Part shown: piece by piece, positions 24,437-37,500 of the stretch
How the letters are laid out: every line of letters starts with the position of its first letter
How positions within the stretch are numbered: position 1 is the first letter of the stretch
Source: Phoronis australis
Taxonomy: Eukaryota > Animalia > Phoronida
DNA: 64,000 bases
Assembly (NCBI GenBank): GCA_002633005.1
Contig: NMRA01000109.1
Location: 780,624-844,623 of the forward strand
Reading direction: 5' to 3'
The notes under the pieces: model-generated
The model's database searches: none
What the model was told of the DNA's origin: nothing
The model's input: the letters and a program-made list of their open reading frames with translations, nothing else
Program-made: the position numbers and the translations under genes

Positions 24437-25417
24437 AACTCATACAGTAAACTCCCTAGGTTGAATGGCCTACCCGCATGGGTGGTTCAGTTGTTCTAGT
24501 TCATATACTTGACCCTTCACAGAAGTCTAATTTCAAACTATTGGATAAAATCATGTCTCTGGCTGATGCGAGTTTCACAGTAATTTGCAAAACGTTATTC
24601 AATACTATTTCGACCAACTACATTTTGTACACAGACGGCATCGCTAATCCAGTCCAACGTGAAGTTCTTTTGCAGCTAGACACGAAGGCTGATCTTCAGA
24701 CTCTGTACCTGATCTCCTGTCAGAACCACAAAATGCATCATTCAACCCCATATACCTTCCTGTTGACCATTTGGCATGAAACAGTGACTGTACATGTATT
24801 TGTCGCAACCAAGTTTGTTCGGGTGACAATTACGACTTGTGTTCACAAGACACAATGGTCAACAACGATGACTGAGAAGTTCAACAAACACAAGACACAA
24901 ATTTGTAGCAGTTACGTCAACAAGATGCACATGATAGCCAGTCTGGTTTGTATTTCTTTGTTAAGATGACAAACTTTCTGGCTGCACAACTCAACTTGAA
25001 ATCACTCACTTGAAAGTCTTAGATATCTTGTAAAAATCGATAGTAATATACTCCATGGTCTTAATGGACAAATAAATACCCCAGTGAAATGACCATCAAT
25101 AAGGCATCGTCCGCGGCAGACTTGACATAAGCAACACACAGCCATCTATCAACAAATTCCAACAGCTCTCGGCTTGTGGCTTTCTTCTAAACCCAATACT
25201 GGATATGTCTCCGAATTGTGACGGTCTGAACAATGGCTTACAAGTCAACACTGTATTTCCCCAGCAACACAGGTACTCTTGAAATTTGCTTTGTTGCTGA
25301 CCTCACCATTAAATAGCCCTTACAACTGACTCAAGTACCCAAGCATGTAATCAATTCGCACTCTGCTGTCACAGTGACCTTGGACCATGTCGTCACAATA
25401 ACCTTTTTGACCTGACC

Positions 25418-25508
25418 TTAGGCCCTGTCTGGAGTGTCACTCTCCATCCTACTGAAAACCCTCATACGCCTAGCATTGTGGGTAGCACTGTTAATGACCT
25501 CCATCCAC
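25418..25508 (-). CDS. FARP2: FARP last coding exon
   Basis: ttgcag|G TGG ATG GAG GTC ATT...TAA; WMEVINSAT...DTPDRA*. Confidence 0.92.
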
Positions 25509-28500
25509 CTGCAAAGAGCCACATATTAGAAACTCTTTCATGCATCATAGTCGACTCTTGCGAATGAGACTTGAACTATGCTTCTTAGAAACGAAAAGAT
25601 CAAGAGCTTGTCTTGACATTTTTGATAAGTATGCACGGACCTTACATCCGAAAATGAATCTAACAGCTTACTATTTTAAATGACTTATTCTTATTAAAAT
25701 AACATAGGTAAAAAATTCAATTTCAGGCTTCAAAAGGGACCCCAGCTTTTAGGCCACCTTATATTAAAAAAGGAGGGCCCCGCTCTTTGGTCGTCTTCAG
25801 GCCGGTGCTCAATTTTAATATAGGGGTCACACTTCCGAGGTTCGAAATTGAAATTTTACCAGAGAACACAGCAAAATAAAAAAATTGTCGACTGTCAGAA
25901 TTAAGTGGTAATCACATATCTCAGGGCTTGGTATGACCAATGACAAAAAAGAGGAAATTTTTTTAGAAGATGTATTGTTCTACAAATAAATATGCTTATG
26001 TGAATGTTTTTTTTTTGAATGAATAAAGTCAAAATAAAAAAGAGACAAAAAGAGGAAACTAGAAATCAAATAAGAGAAAATCAAAACCAAAAAAGAGGAA
26101 AATTTGAAGCCCTGATGTCTGCAAATATCAAAACAGCACTGCTGAACACTCACCTTTCAAATGTGTACTGGCTCTCAGCTCGGAAAAAGTACACATGGTT
26201 CTTGAACTGAAGTTTGAACACGTAGTCTTTGTGTATTCCATCCTCGTCGCCAGGAGTGCTGACGGCATAACCTAGCAAAGGCAAGCTGGCTAGAGGGAAG
26301 TCATCCTGTGGAGCGAACAAATAGCAAGATTGAGTTATAAAAACAGGTAAGGTCAACACAGGACTAAATATAACAAAAACGACATAGCGTACATGACTTG
26401 TAACCTTTAAGTCCATACTCGGATCAAGTCATAAACGCAAAAACTTCAAAAAACAAGTTCGCAAAGGGGGATTCAAGCAATGAACATAATTTGTAAACTT
26501 CTGTTGATCCACTAGGTAATCATGTAAAATTACATACATTTACTCCACGTATTCTCAAGGACAATCAAGAGAAAAAATCATCAACAAACATTAATACTTG
26601 AAACTACTTGAAAACAGACCCATCACATGCAAGCAATTCTAAAGTTTACTCAAAGCAAACTATAACATTGATCAGTTTGCAAGTCAAATCTTTAAAGAAA
26701 GTTCAATTGTTTTGAGCCATTTAGAACTTTGAAACACTCACCTGGAAGGTTTTGTAGAAAAATAGACAGAAATTCGTGAAGACAACCCATAACTTCTGCC
26801 AGCCACTGCTGTTTTTGAACTTACGGAGGAGATAACCACTCAACTGATTCTGAAAGTTGAAAACAGAAAAATGTCATAGGCAGACGTACTTTGACAACAA
26901 GAATGAACTGAACTCCTCGACAGGATGCCAGACAGCTATTGTGACCTGCATCATATAAATAACAATGTTACTCTTATTTGACCTTAAGCATTAGGCATGA
27001 ATTATAATTCATGTGAGCCTTAGTAAAAACTTAGTACTTGTTCCAACTGTTTTAGCAAACATATGCATACATGTACATGAGGATATTTTCAGTGTCAAGT
27101 TATTGCTCTGTTCTTAAACTATCTCACTGGTAAGCTTTTTTAGAACTGTATTTCCCATAAAAATCATTTTGAATTTGAGTCAAGATGTATGGTTTAAGCC
27201 ATTACATCAATCAAAATTCAACAAGTAACCTTTTAACTGAAATTTCTTCAAAAATGTGATCATCTTTAAAAAATGGGCATTCGGGATTTGGCAAAACTGT
27301 CTTCCCGTCGTTAAACTGGAGTTATCTCCAAAGAAACTGATAGTAAACTGGGATAAGAAAACTAAAGTACCCAACTCGCCGATCGGCACGTTTGGCTGAG
27401 ACAGGGTAACTTACCAAAAAGCGTGTGCGGCAGTGAAAGAGTTATTTAGTAGTTTATTTATCTATTTAGTCCATTCAAGCTAAAAATTACATTCTAAGAC
27501 ATAGACATGATAACCAAATTTTCTACCGTATACTGTTCAAAGCAAACGTCAAATCTACCATAAAAAATCTGATCAAGACACAGTGCCCAGAGAGCCTCAT
27601 GTACCTTGATGGCCTTTCTGTGGTCCCTATAGCTGACACTGGTATTTCTGTGCCAGCAGACATGCATGGTTGTGTTGGCGCGGTGTTGGATCTGCTTCTC
27701 AACAGGAGGCGCCATCTCTTCACCATCAATGTTCTCCGTCGAACCTGAAAATGTACGCAGCATGACAGTGTTTGCATAATAGTCTTTCTCTGAAAATCAA
27801 AATACATATTTCACACTAAACTAGAGACAAAATGCATGAATCAGTCAAAGGACATATGATGAGAGCATTCAGTCACACAATAAACTATTTCCTTCTTGTA
27901 AATCCGGACCACATGACTTAAGCCCAATGCACAGAACCTAGTTACACACAAATCCACAGACAGTCAATATTTTCAACGTCTTTCTGAAGCCTGGCAACAA
28001 CCTATCCATCAGTTCATTATACACAGCTACATTTCTAGAAACCAAAAAGGTTCAACGTCACAATGACACCATGAACAAAAAATGGCATGAGCAGTCCGTA
28101 GATACTTCCATCCTATGCGACAATCCACACTTTTCACAGTCTTTCTCTGAGTTATGAAATTCTGCCAAGATTAAATGAAGACGAAAAACGCAACGGAAAA
28201 TTATTGCAAGACAAACATACAATCATTAGTAACATGTTTCATATCAGTTTGTTTCTTGTCATGCCACTTTCCATGTCAACTGCACAAAATGCACCGATTT
28301 GGACTGATTTTCAAGCAATATTCCACAAAGTAGTATGTTTGAAATCGTAAAATGACCTCATCAAAACTCTTTATCTTCTTGCCACCATGCAGACTGTGGA
28401 ATCAACACATGCCCATCGTGTTCAACATATGCTTTTCACACACTGACCAATGCACCATGCAGACAGCAAGATGTTTTAGTGGCATCAAAATTCAAAATGC

Positions 28501-31500
28501 ATTTATCACCGTGAAATTAATCAAGACCAATGAGACGTCTAGTCGTGGGTAGCGGTAACCGTAGTTAAAACATTTAGTTAATGTGAAAACCCGTGCTCAA
28601 TTCAATGGTTACATGCTTTTCGTGACAAGAACTTTGCTTGATGCTTCCAAGCAAATCAGCTGACAGTAAAAAAGGTTAAAGGTCATGTGTCTTCATCAGG
28701 AAGACGTCTGCTCAAAATAAAGAACGACTCAGGGAAACAAGTGAATGTAATTACAACATTGGTTTAACACAAGAGGAGATAAAAATGACGAAAAATCCCT
28801 AAGCTATAGAGACGAATGTGTTGTGGAAAATTGAACGTGTCTGTTCAATAACTGCATGCAGGCAATACAAAAACTGTTAATAAAATCTGCCGTCATGACC
28901 AGTCTTACCTCTGGCGTTTTTTGCGCCTCGTTCTGAAATCAAGCGTCAACCTTAAATGTGACTTTCATGTTAGAGAATCAATGAAAAGCGAACATATGAA
29001 TTTCAAAAATTTCTTCAGCATCAAAGACTCACTAATCTCAGTTTTACGAGTTTTCGCCCACTTGCGTAAGTTGCAGCAACTTCAATAAATTCTTTTCAAA
29101 GTTTGCTCAAACAAAAATCATAGGTTTGGAAATGACCCAAAACTTTTATAGGTGGCCGCTTCACGATTTTAGGTGTGCTTTGATGAAATGTTTTAGGTGA
29201 AGTATTAGCCACTTTAGGGAGTTGAAGATGGCAGTTGTTCATGGGTGACTGCCCCTTTTTCCATAAAGCACGTGTCACAAATAAAGGAAACGTTTGCCGT
29301 AGTCTAATAAAAGTTAATTTTATGAACGTATGAAATTAGCTCCTATCTGAAAGGAAGGTATGCCTTCCCATAACGACCCAAATAAAAAATTCAAGTGATT
29401 TTGCAATAGTAAAACATTACAGCAAATAAAACCCAGTATAGTGCCTCTCCAGCTTCAACTCGTACATAACACATGTGACTCCAACATTCTCTTGCACGTA
29501 ACGCATCTAATGCAGGGAGAATTTCCCAATCAGGACACTCACTTGTGCTACCTCGTAAACTCTGGAACTTGATACCAGCCTCAATTCTCTGTGTCCGTGC
29601 CGCGCGGCTGGCATCATTAAGGTCCTCCATCCACTTATCCTTCTCCTCTTGAGAACTAATGGAATGAACAACCACACGTGAATAATTCAGCAGAAATCAG
29701 AAGGAAGCACCAATTGTCTACCATGCACTACTTCATAGTGATGGAATATTTAAAACAAAATCGTTTTCACATGCGCTTGTCATTTATTTGCTGTTCCAAA
29801 TAAAAGCCGGCACAGTGAGGACCTCTAAGGTCAGTAGGTGTCGCCTCTAAGTTCAATAGGTGGCGTCTCTGAGTTCGATAGGTTGCACTAGTGAAACAAC
29901 AATATGTACTATCAAGTCAAGCGGGACCCCTATCTCACAAATATCACTATGCTCGTGAAGAGTTTACTGTTCTTAAATCTACTCTTTAACATATAGAAAG
30001 AGGCTCATGTCTTCCTAAGCCCTCCTTATTGATTACTATGCCACTCATTGCTTTCATGTGGAAGGCCAGTTGCCTAGAAATCCACGGTTATCATACTCAG
30101 GCATAATGCACTGAAAGTAATGGCTCTCCTAAGTAGTTTTGAAAGTTGGCAGACTCCAAACATTTACAAATATGATGTTTTTATTGTAGGCAGCAAACAT
30201 TTTTATACAAGTCTCATTAAACACATGACCTTTTCCGGTATAATCATGGTGATTGAACTAGAAAAAGTCAAAGTCAAGCCGATATTTTCCTATCATAAAA
30301 TGAAAGTGTGAACACAGTAGCCATCCCACCTTGCTGCTACCAAGAGACACCTGTTGCCACCATAGATAGTGAAACTGTTTGCTACTGCCATCTTTGGGTC
30401 AGTTTCTTCAACCTATACAACAAATGAAGAGACAATACATTACCACAGTTGAATAAAATAAAACAGGTTGAAATAACCAACGTTCCTGACGTATTGAAAT
30501 AGCTAGTCATAATGTTGTGGTGAACTAAGTTAATAACTTCTGTATACGTAGAAAACAGCAGGTAAAAGATCGCTAGGTGACATGTTACATTTTTCATGCG
30601 ATTAATTACTAAAAACCTTTCTAAACTTTATTATTAGCATCCAAAGTTGGAAGACATATACATGTTTGTACGAATGAACTCTATTATATACAGTTATTAA
30701 GATCTGGTAAGTACATTTCCTTTACAATCAGACCACCTTGACTACAAACACATCTGTTCACTCCTTTAAGACTGACTCACAATGTCCATGTACATAGAAG
30801 ATACAGAAATGTGACTCACAATCATTCCTCGAAGTGGTAGCTGGCCGTGAACTTTGAACTGTAGTGCAGGGGTCGAAGTTCGGCTGGTATAAATTAAAGT
30901 GTCCGAAAACAAGAAGAACATTCTCTGTTGGTAGCCCTTCCTCGAAAGCTTCTGGAGACAACCCTCTCTGAGGAATTTCTTAAAAAAACACAAAGCACAC
31001 TGCTATGGGCATGATTAGTAAGCCTGCTGGCAACACTCATCTACAGAGTGCACTTCTTCCTACATACAAAGCATAAAATGTTACAAGTGAGGGCATTCAA
31101 ATAAAAACCATTAAACGCAAGCAGGCCCTCAGCTAATACCTCAGTAGATATATCTAAGGTGATAACAGAGGGCAGTAGTAGTGAAGAATCCCAGTTTAGG
31201 GACTGAACAAAGTTCTTAACATAACTAGCAGCAAGGATTTTTTTGTTTGAGGAGTGTTGCATGGTTGGGTTCCACACACGGTCTCTAAAGGCAGCTGTTT
31301 AATTTCAAGCAATTTGTGCACATGGAAATAAGTCAACATCATCAAACACTTCTAATAGGTTGAATCTAACTCAGATTTCTTTTTGGCCATGCCAACAAGC
31401 TTTCAGTAAAGAACTCCGGTTAAGGATATTCCATATAAAAGCTTAAGTTCATTTGAATTGAAAACTAGCTGAAAACTTTTCACGGAAGTCTTTAAAAGTT

Positions 31501-34500
31501 AGGGATGCCTCTAGTACTGACCTTTTCATGCGTTCAGCCACCGAACATCGGACAATGAGTCACACCACATAAGTTGTACATATTCAACCATTAACAATCG
31601 TGGAACAAATTCTGTAAACCTCGTCACTCATGAGATGTAAAAAATCTTGCTTCATGGATAGAATTGTTGAGTTCACACTCAGTTTACTAGCGAAATTCAG
31701 CATTGCAGGCTTGCCAACCAATAACAGTAGTACTAGCCATTTTGCTAGTGCACGGTTACAGTAAGGTCCTGAGCTCACTTGCAAATCATTTCAAGTCTGT
31801 TGCACCACTCTGTCAATACTTATCAACTTGGGTAACCACCCTGTGTTGACCACGACCATTAGCATTTGCAAAACCAACGAAACAGAAAGTCACGCATTAA
31901 GAACACCACAACACAGCACCTCACACCCACTCCACCTACCCTGGACGGCTGTACCAATCCATCGACGCCTATCAAGTCCCGCTCCAACTCAATCAGCTTG
32001 TGTAAGTTCTCCAACTCGTCCATCTTATCCTGGAACGTGTTCGTCAACTCCTGGATCTTCTGCAGGGAGGCCTTGCAGTCGTGATAATCCTGGTGCTCAG
32101 TTGTGTAGTGATTCACCAGGCCTGAAATACAAAGTAAATGAACATTTCACAAGATCTCACACCCATGGAGCCAGTTGCCAACTGCGGTTTCTAGAGCATG
32201 CAGGAATGAGTCTTTCTCTTTGGGGGTTGTCTGCCATTCACGTTTGTAACTCAGTCTTACAGCTGAGTCGAATACAACAGAACAGGTCAAGGACAAAAAC
32301 AAAACTACGTAACTGCAACACTGAGACAGGAATTGAACCCATGACCTTGTGCAAAACCAACTACACTAAATCATATTGACATTACAGGCCTGGAATTGGC
32401 ATCTATAATTTAGTGGACGGTGTGATGTTCAGACTGGTACAAGCAAACCAGGCTGACGTCTACGGATGAGCAGGGTAAACAGGGTCAGACCCCAGCATGA
32501 GTCTTAACACTAACATTGAAGAATAGCACTGCCTTAGAATCTAGTGCGTAACTGCGTTTGAACTAATGAAACAACCAGTCAGACAACACTCCCACCTATT
32601 GCTTGACAGTCGAAACTTGGGGAGTCTCAAGTATTTCAACTGCCACTACTTACAAATTTACGGTAATAAAGTTTCTTCAAACTAGAAGAAAACTAATAGC
32701 CATAATTGTCATTTTCTATTGACTTACAGCAATGCTAATCATGATAAGAATTTCACCACCAGGTGTAGTTAGTGTCATGGCTCAAAGGATGCGAATGATA
32801 ACGAAAAAGTTCATATCATTCATCAGACAAAATAAAATGTCACTGTTTCACCATATTGTGGTCGAAACTGAAAGAGCTTCAGCACAACATGTTTGCTAAT
32901 TAAGGCTATCTAACTTTAGCGCATCATATCAGAAATGGCCGATCGGATTCATATCAAACAATTTTCCATGCACTGTTTTGCAAAAAGCTGCTAGGAATCA
33001 TTTTTAAATGTTTCCACTTATGCATTAGGGGCTAATAAAATAAAACTTTTTCAATGATATTGAAAAAAAAATTTAAAATTGCATAAAATGAAAACGAAAT
33101 AATACAGGAAACTGTAACGGCATTTTTGAGATTTTGTGATGAACATTTATATCAACTGAAATTTGGTCATGTTACTTATACAGTTTGTTTACTATGAATG
33201 TGCATTTCATTTTTGCTAAATTTAACTGAAAATACATGGTCAGGTGACCCAATTCATGGACGATTGATAAAAAGTCACAAATCGAATTCTACCGGCTTTC
33301 TACTTTCAAAAACTATATACTTTAACGGAGTTTAAATGTATAATTTGTAAATATCTGGCAAAATACAAAACATGTCCCCAAGGTCCTTCATAACTTTGAT
33401 TCCAAACCCCACCGGCAAGCCTAATCTACTTACGCTGCAGTATGATCTCGTAATGCAGCAGGCGCTGTGCCGGCTTCAGCAGGAAGGTCACCAGGGGGAG
33501 GTAGCAGACCTTCTGAGACTCGAAGTCCTTGTACGTCTGCTCAAACAGGCGATCCTCCTTGACCGCCTGTTCAAGCTCCGTCAAGATCTCCCCGTGCTGG
33601 CTGATGTAGGCCTGGTACAGGTGCAGCACTCCCCGTAGGTTGCTTAGTACCACGTCACCAATTTTCTGGTGGTTTCCATTAAGGTGAGCGTTTGACTTGC
33701 CCTCCCTGTCAATGACAACACATTTATACACAGATTGGTCTAGCTTACACAGCACATAAGGGCAAATTGGTCGGGAGCGGCCAAAACTGGTCATCATACA
33801 ATGTAAATAAAATAGGGCTGAGTTCCCAAAACCCCAGACATAGTCTTGCACTTGCGGTGAAATATCTTCGCTAATGGAATGAAAGCAAGAGAATTGTATC
33901 CCATAATCTATGAATTAAATCTCATAATTCCACATTCCCACCTCACTGACCAATCACTTCAGTGGTGGCCATTTTGTTAGGTTACGCTACTAAAGTCTCG
34001 AGCATTCTCGTGAAACACTTGACTTTCACTCGCACAGTTGTGCATGAGCTCGCTTTCCAATTTCTTATGTCCAGTCTTCAATAAACATTACATGTCGGTT
34101 TTTACAAAGCTCATAAGTCCTGACCAATTTTGTAGCAATCATATGGATTTAGTCAAAAGTTCAAAGCAGATTTACTTAGCCCCAAGATGGTGATTTCACT
34201 CAAAATAGATTCAGGGCTGTTCCAGTAAAATCCGTGTGGGAGGGGGGGGGGGGNGGGGGGGGGGATGGCAGTACAAACAAAAATTCATGGGTGGTTGTCT
34301 TCAGAAAAAAACTCAAATTATGGGTGGTCGTTCCTGTAAGATTTGATGCATTAAAAATGGGTGGTATTTTTTGACCTGTAAATGTTGACAGGTTGGTTAC
34401 TTCAGCCATCAAAACTCAAATAATGCAATTTGCAATTGGCTTATATCCTAACTTGTCCCATTACAAAAAGCCCATATTGCCAGTGAACACAGTGCAATAT

Positions 34501-37500
34501 GTTTACTAAGCCATTAATCAAGTCATGGGCAACTTGTCTGCAGTCCTGTTGAATTGAAAAGTTATGCAACACTAAACTGGTGTTAACACATATAAGAAAA
34601 TTGATGATTTTTAAATAAAAAGTATGAGGAGTAAGATAAACAAGTTCCAATATTCACTTGACATAGAAGTATAAAAGAGTTCATGGAGACAGTTTGAGAT
34701 TCATAGATCCTTATAATTTGAAAAAATGTTCATTGAAATTATACACATGGTGAACAGAGACACCTGGTGGCTGCCAAAAGTATTGCTCACAGGATACTTT
34801 AGTTTTTGACAATATTGGACAAGACAACTAGTTCTTGTCCGTCAATCATCTAAGTTCTTAACAGGTCCTCCTGGAGGCAATTTGTTTTCAAGTGTTGGAT
34901 TTTATATTTTAACCTATTAAAAATAATTAAAAAATTATGGGTCATGGGTTGGAGAAATAAATGAAAAATATGGGCGGTGGGTACAAAATAAAAGTGCCTC
35001 CCCCCCCTCCCATACAGATTTTGCTGGAACAGCCCCCACATGTTACTGCGTGTGAAGTCAACAATTAAGTGATCCTCATACAATGACTATGTGGATCCTC
35101 TGGTTTGAGAACAGCCGTCTATTAACTCGTCCAACGCGTTAGTCACACGTGCCAATTAAGCAGACTTTGCAAGAAATTTACTTGCTCAAAACGTTTTAGG
35201 GTTGACAGGGGTTACAGATAACTATTTTCATAGAACGAATTAAGGCTATCTAGGACCTTAATAAACGAAAAAACTATGCTTCGTCAACCTTTAAAAGTAT
35301 ATATTTTCTGAAAGGAGAAAGATTTATGATTCTAAAAATATGCTTCTTACTACTGTGTCTTCATTATTGTCACGTGACAACGTGCCTAGTTTTTGCATAC
35401 CAAGTGATATACAAATAAGACCATTTTTTTACAAAAAATGTCTTATGCTATGCGAGTTATCTGGCATAAAACCCGAACTAAGTGAATAATCAAAATTGCT
35501 AACAGCGTTTTTGAGACATAAGCTACAGTTTTCATTTAAAAAAGTTTTAGTAAAATCGACTGGGGGGTTATTTTGCTATGAATGTACCTTTCTTGCACAT
35601 GAAAAGTTGACTTAAAAAAACAAGGTCACATGACTATAATAAAGACACAGTAGTAAGAAGCATATTTATAGAATCCCCAATCTTTCTCCTTTGAATTCAG
35701 AAAATAAATGCTTTTAATGGTTGACAAAGTATAGTTTTTTCAATATTTGACTTAGAGTTGAGGTCATTAATTAAGGTTCCAGATAACTTTAAAAGATTTA
35801 GTCATAGACGATATTTATTAACAGGCTAAAACCAGGTTCAGTACGCCTGAGACTGAGCAGACTCCCAACTCACCACATGGCCAGCCTCTGTTCGATCTCA
35901 CGTAGAAAGCTACAGTGGAACTCATAGATGGGCTGTAACTGAGTGAAGAGCATGCTGGACAGGTACTGCGGCATCACATTATCTTTACTCATGGCATTCT
36001 GGAACCACTGCAGGCAGAGACAATATCAACGTGTTACGGACCTTACTTCATCTGCCAAGAATAAGACAAAGGGACAAAGCAACTCTCTTAAGGGTGGGAC
36101 GCTACGCTGATTTTTCACATTTTCGTTTAATAAAAACCGATAAAGATAATTCTTTGAAATTTGGACTGTGTTTACATTCTACCAAGATGAGCTTAAAAAC
36201 ACCTTTTGGTGTTGTTGTGATGAATGGGGTCAAGACTAGGAGTGAAAAGCTGAAAATTAAACTTCGCAATTTGCCCCCAACAGATTTTTTTTTCTTTTTT
36301 GTTTTTTAACATGTTCAGAGGTTTATTATGTTGTTAGAAGGCTATTCAACGCAATAGTGACATTTTCAACAATGAAAACAATTTTCAACAACTGTCTGAG
36401 AGTTGCAGAATTCATTACATTTTTTCAGAACCCGGTTATCTCCACTAATCATGACAAAACTCAGAAACCATAGATACTACAAATTTCTAACATGCACCAT
36501 TGCATTCAGTAGATTTTTTACATACACATGCCAAGTTTCAAGAGTGTAGGGGGTGTATAACCTATTTTTCTCGTGGGGGCAAGTTGAAGACTTACGATAA
36601 AAACGGCGTTCTGAGAAATCGCAAGTTAAAGATTGGTAACAGAAAAATAACAACATTGTAATATCATGGTTAACTTTCACTTTATTTACAGGTGTGTTTA
36701 TGCTTAGTAATTCTTGAAACAATTATCCAACAGTCTGACACTTCATTCAGAATCCTCTAGAGACATATAAAACACATTCCCTGGCCTGCTGATTAGTCCT
36801 CGAAGCCCGCTTGGCTTTATCGATTTTTTCTCGCCATGGCATTGACTTGTCCGTCACTTTCTATTTGAGTTTAGTAACTCTAAGTACATTGCTACTGTCA
36901 ACATAGTCCTCCTCCATGTGATGGCCAGCAACCACATCACTTTTTTTTCAAAAAACTTTCCAAGCTTCAGAGACGACATCCCATAGGCTACAGTGCCGCA
37001 CGACAAACGGGACAGTGTGAGATGTGACGCACTTCCCATCCGATGGTCGACGTCATCCATAACTGACAACTGTAAAAATGTGGAAAATTGAAATGTAAAA
37101 TTGTTGAATATTATGTTAAACAGTTATCAATGCTAACTGGAGAAAAAAATGGTAGCATGGTTTTCGCAACACCCAGCATTGACAACTGTCACTAACGTAC
37201 TAATGGAACGTTAGGTTTTGAAGAATACAAAGCGGATAAAACACTATCTAAGGAACATGAATCAGTTTGCGAAGCATTAGAAATTGTATTGCTATTATAT
37301 CACAGGCTTTCAGTTGACTTTTTTACATCCAATAAAAAGCAGTAAAATTGGTTATTAGTATACTGAATTGAACACGTGTCAAAGCTAGAGGAATGTGTAG
37401 TAGACTTGGATTTCTCCACCAAGACTAGTTATTGACTGCAACGATAAGGTACAACGTCTAAAACAAAACAATGCAACCAACAGAAGCAGCTGCTTACGTG

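Noticed and set aside
24478-24969. 163-aa plus-strand ORF
   Set aside because: Lies antisense in the predicted FARP 3' UTR, with no recognisable motif or exon boundaries.
32323-32370. Possible functional tRNA gene
   Set aside because: A and B boxes are present but spacing is too short and there is no acceptor or anticodon stem; treated as a SINE head or pseudogene.
31828-32379. 183-aa plus-strand ORF
   Set aside because: Overlaps a FARP DH exon antisense and a SINE fragment; shadow ORF.
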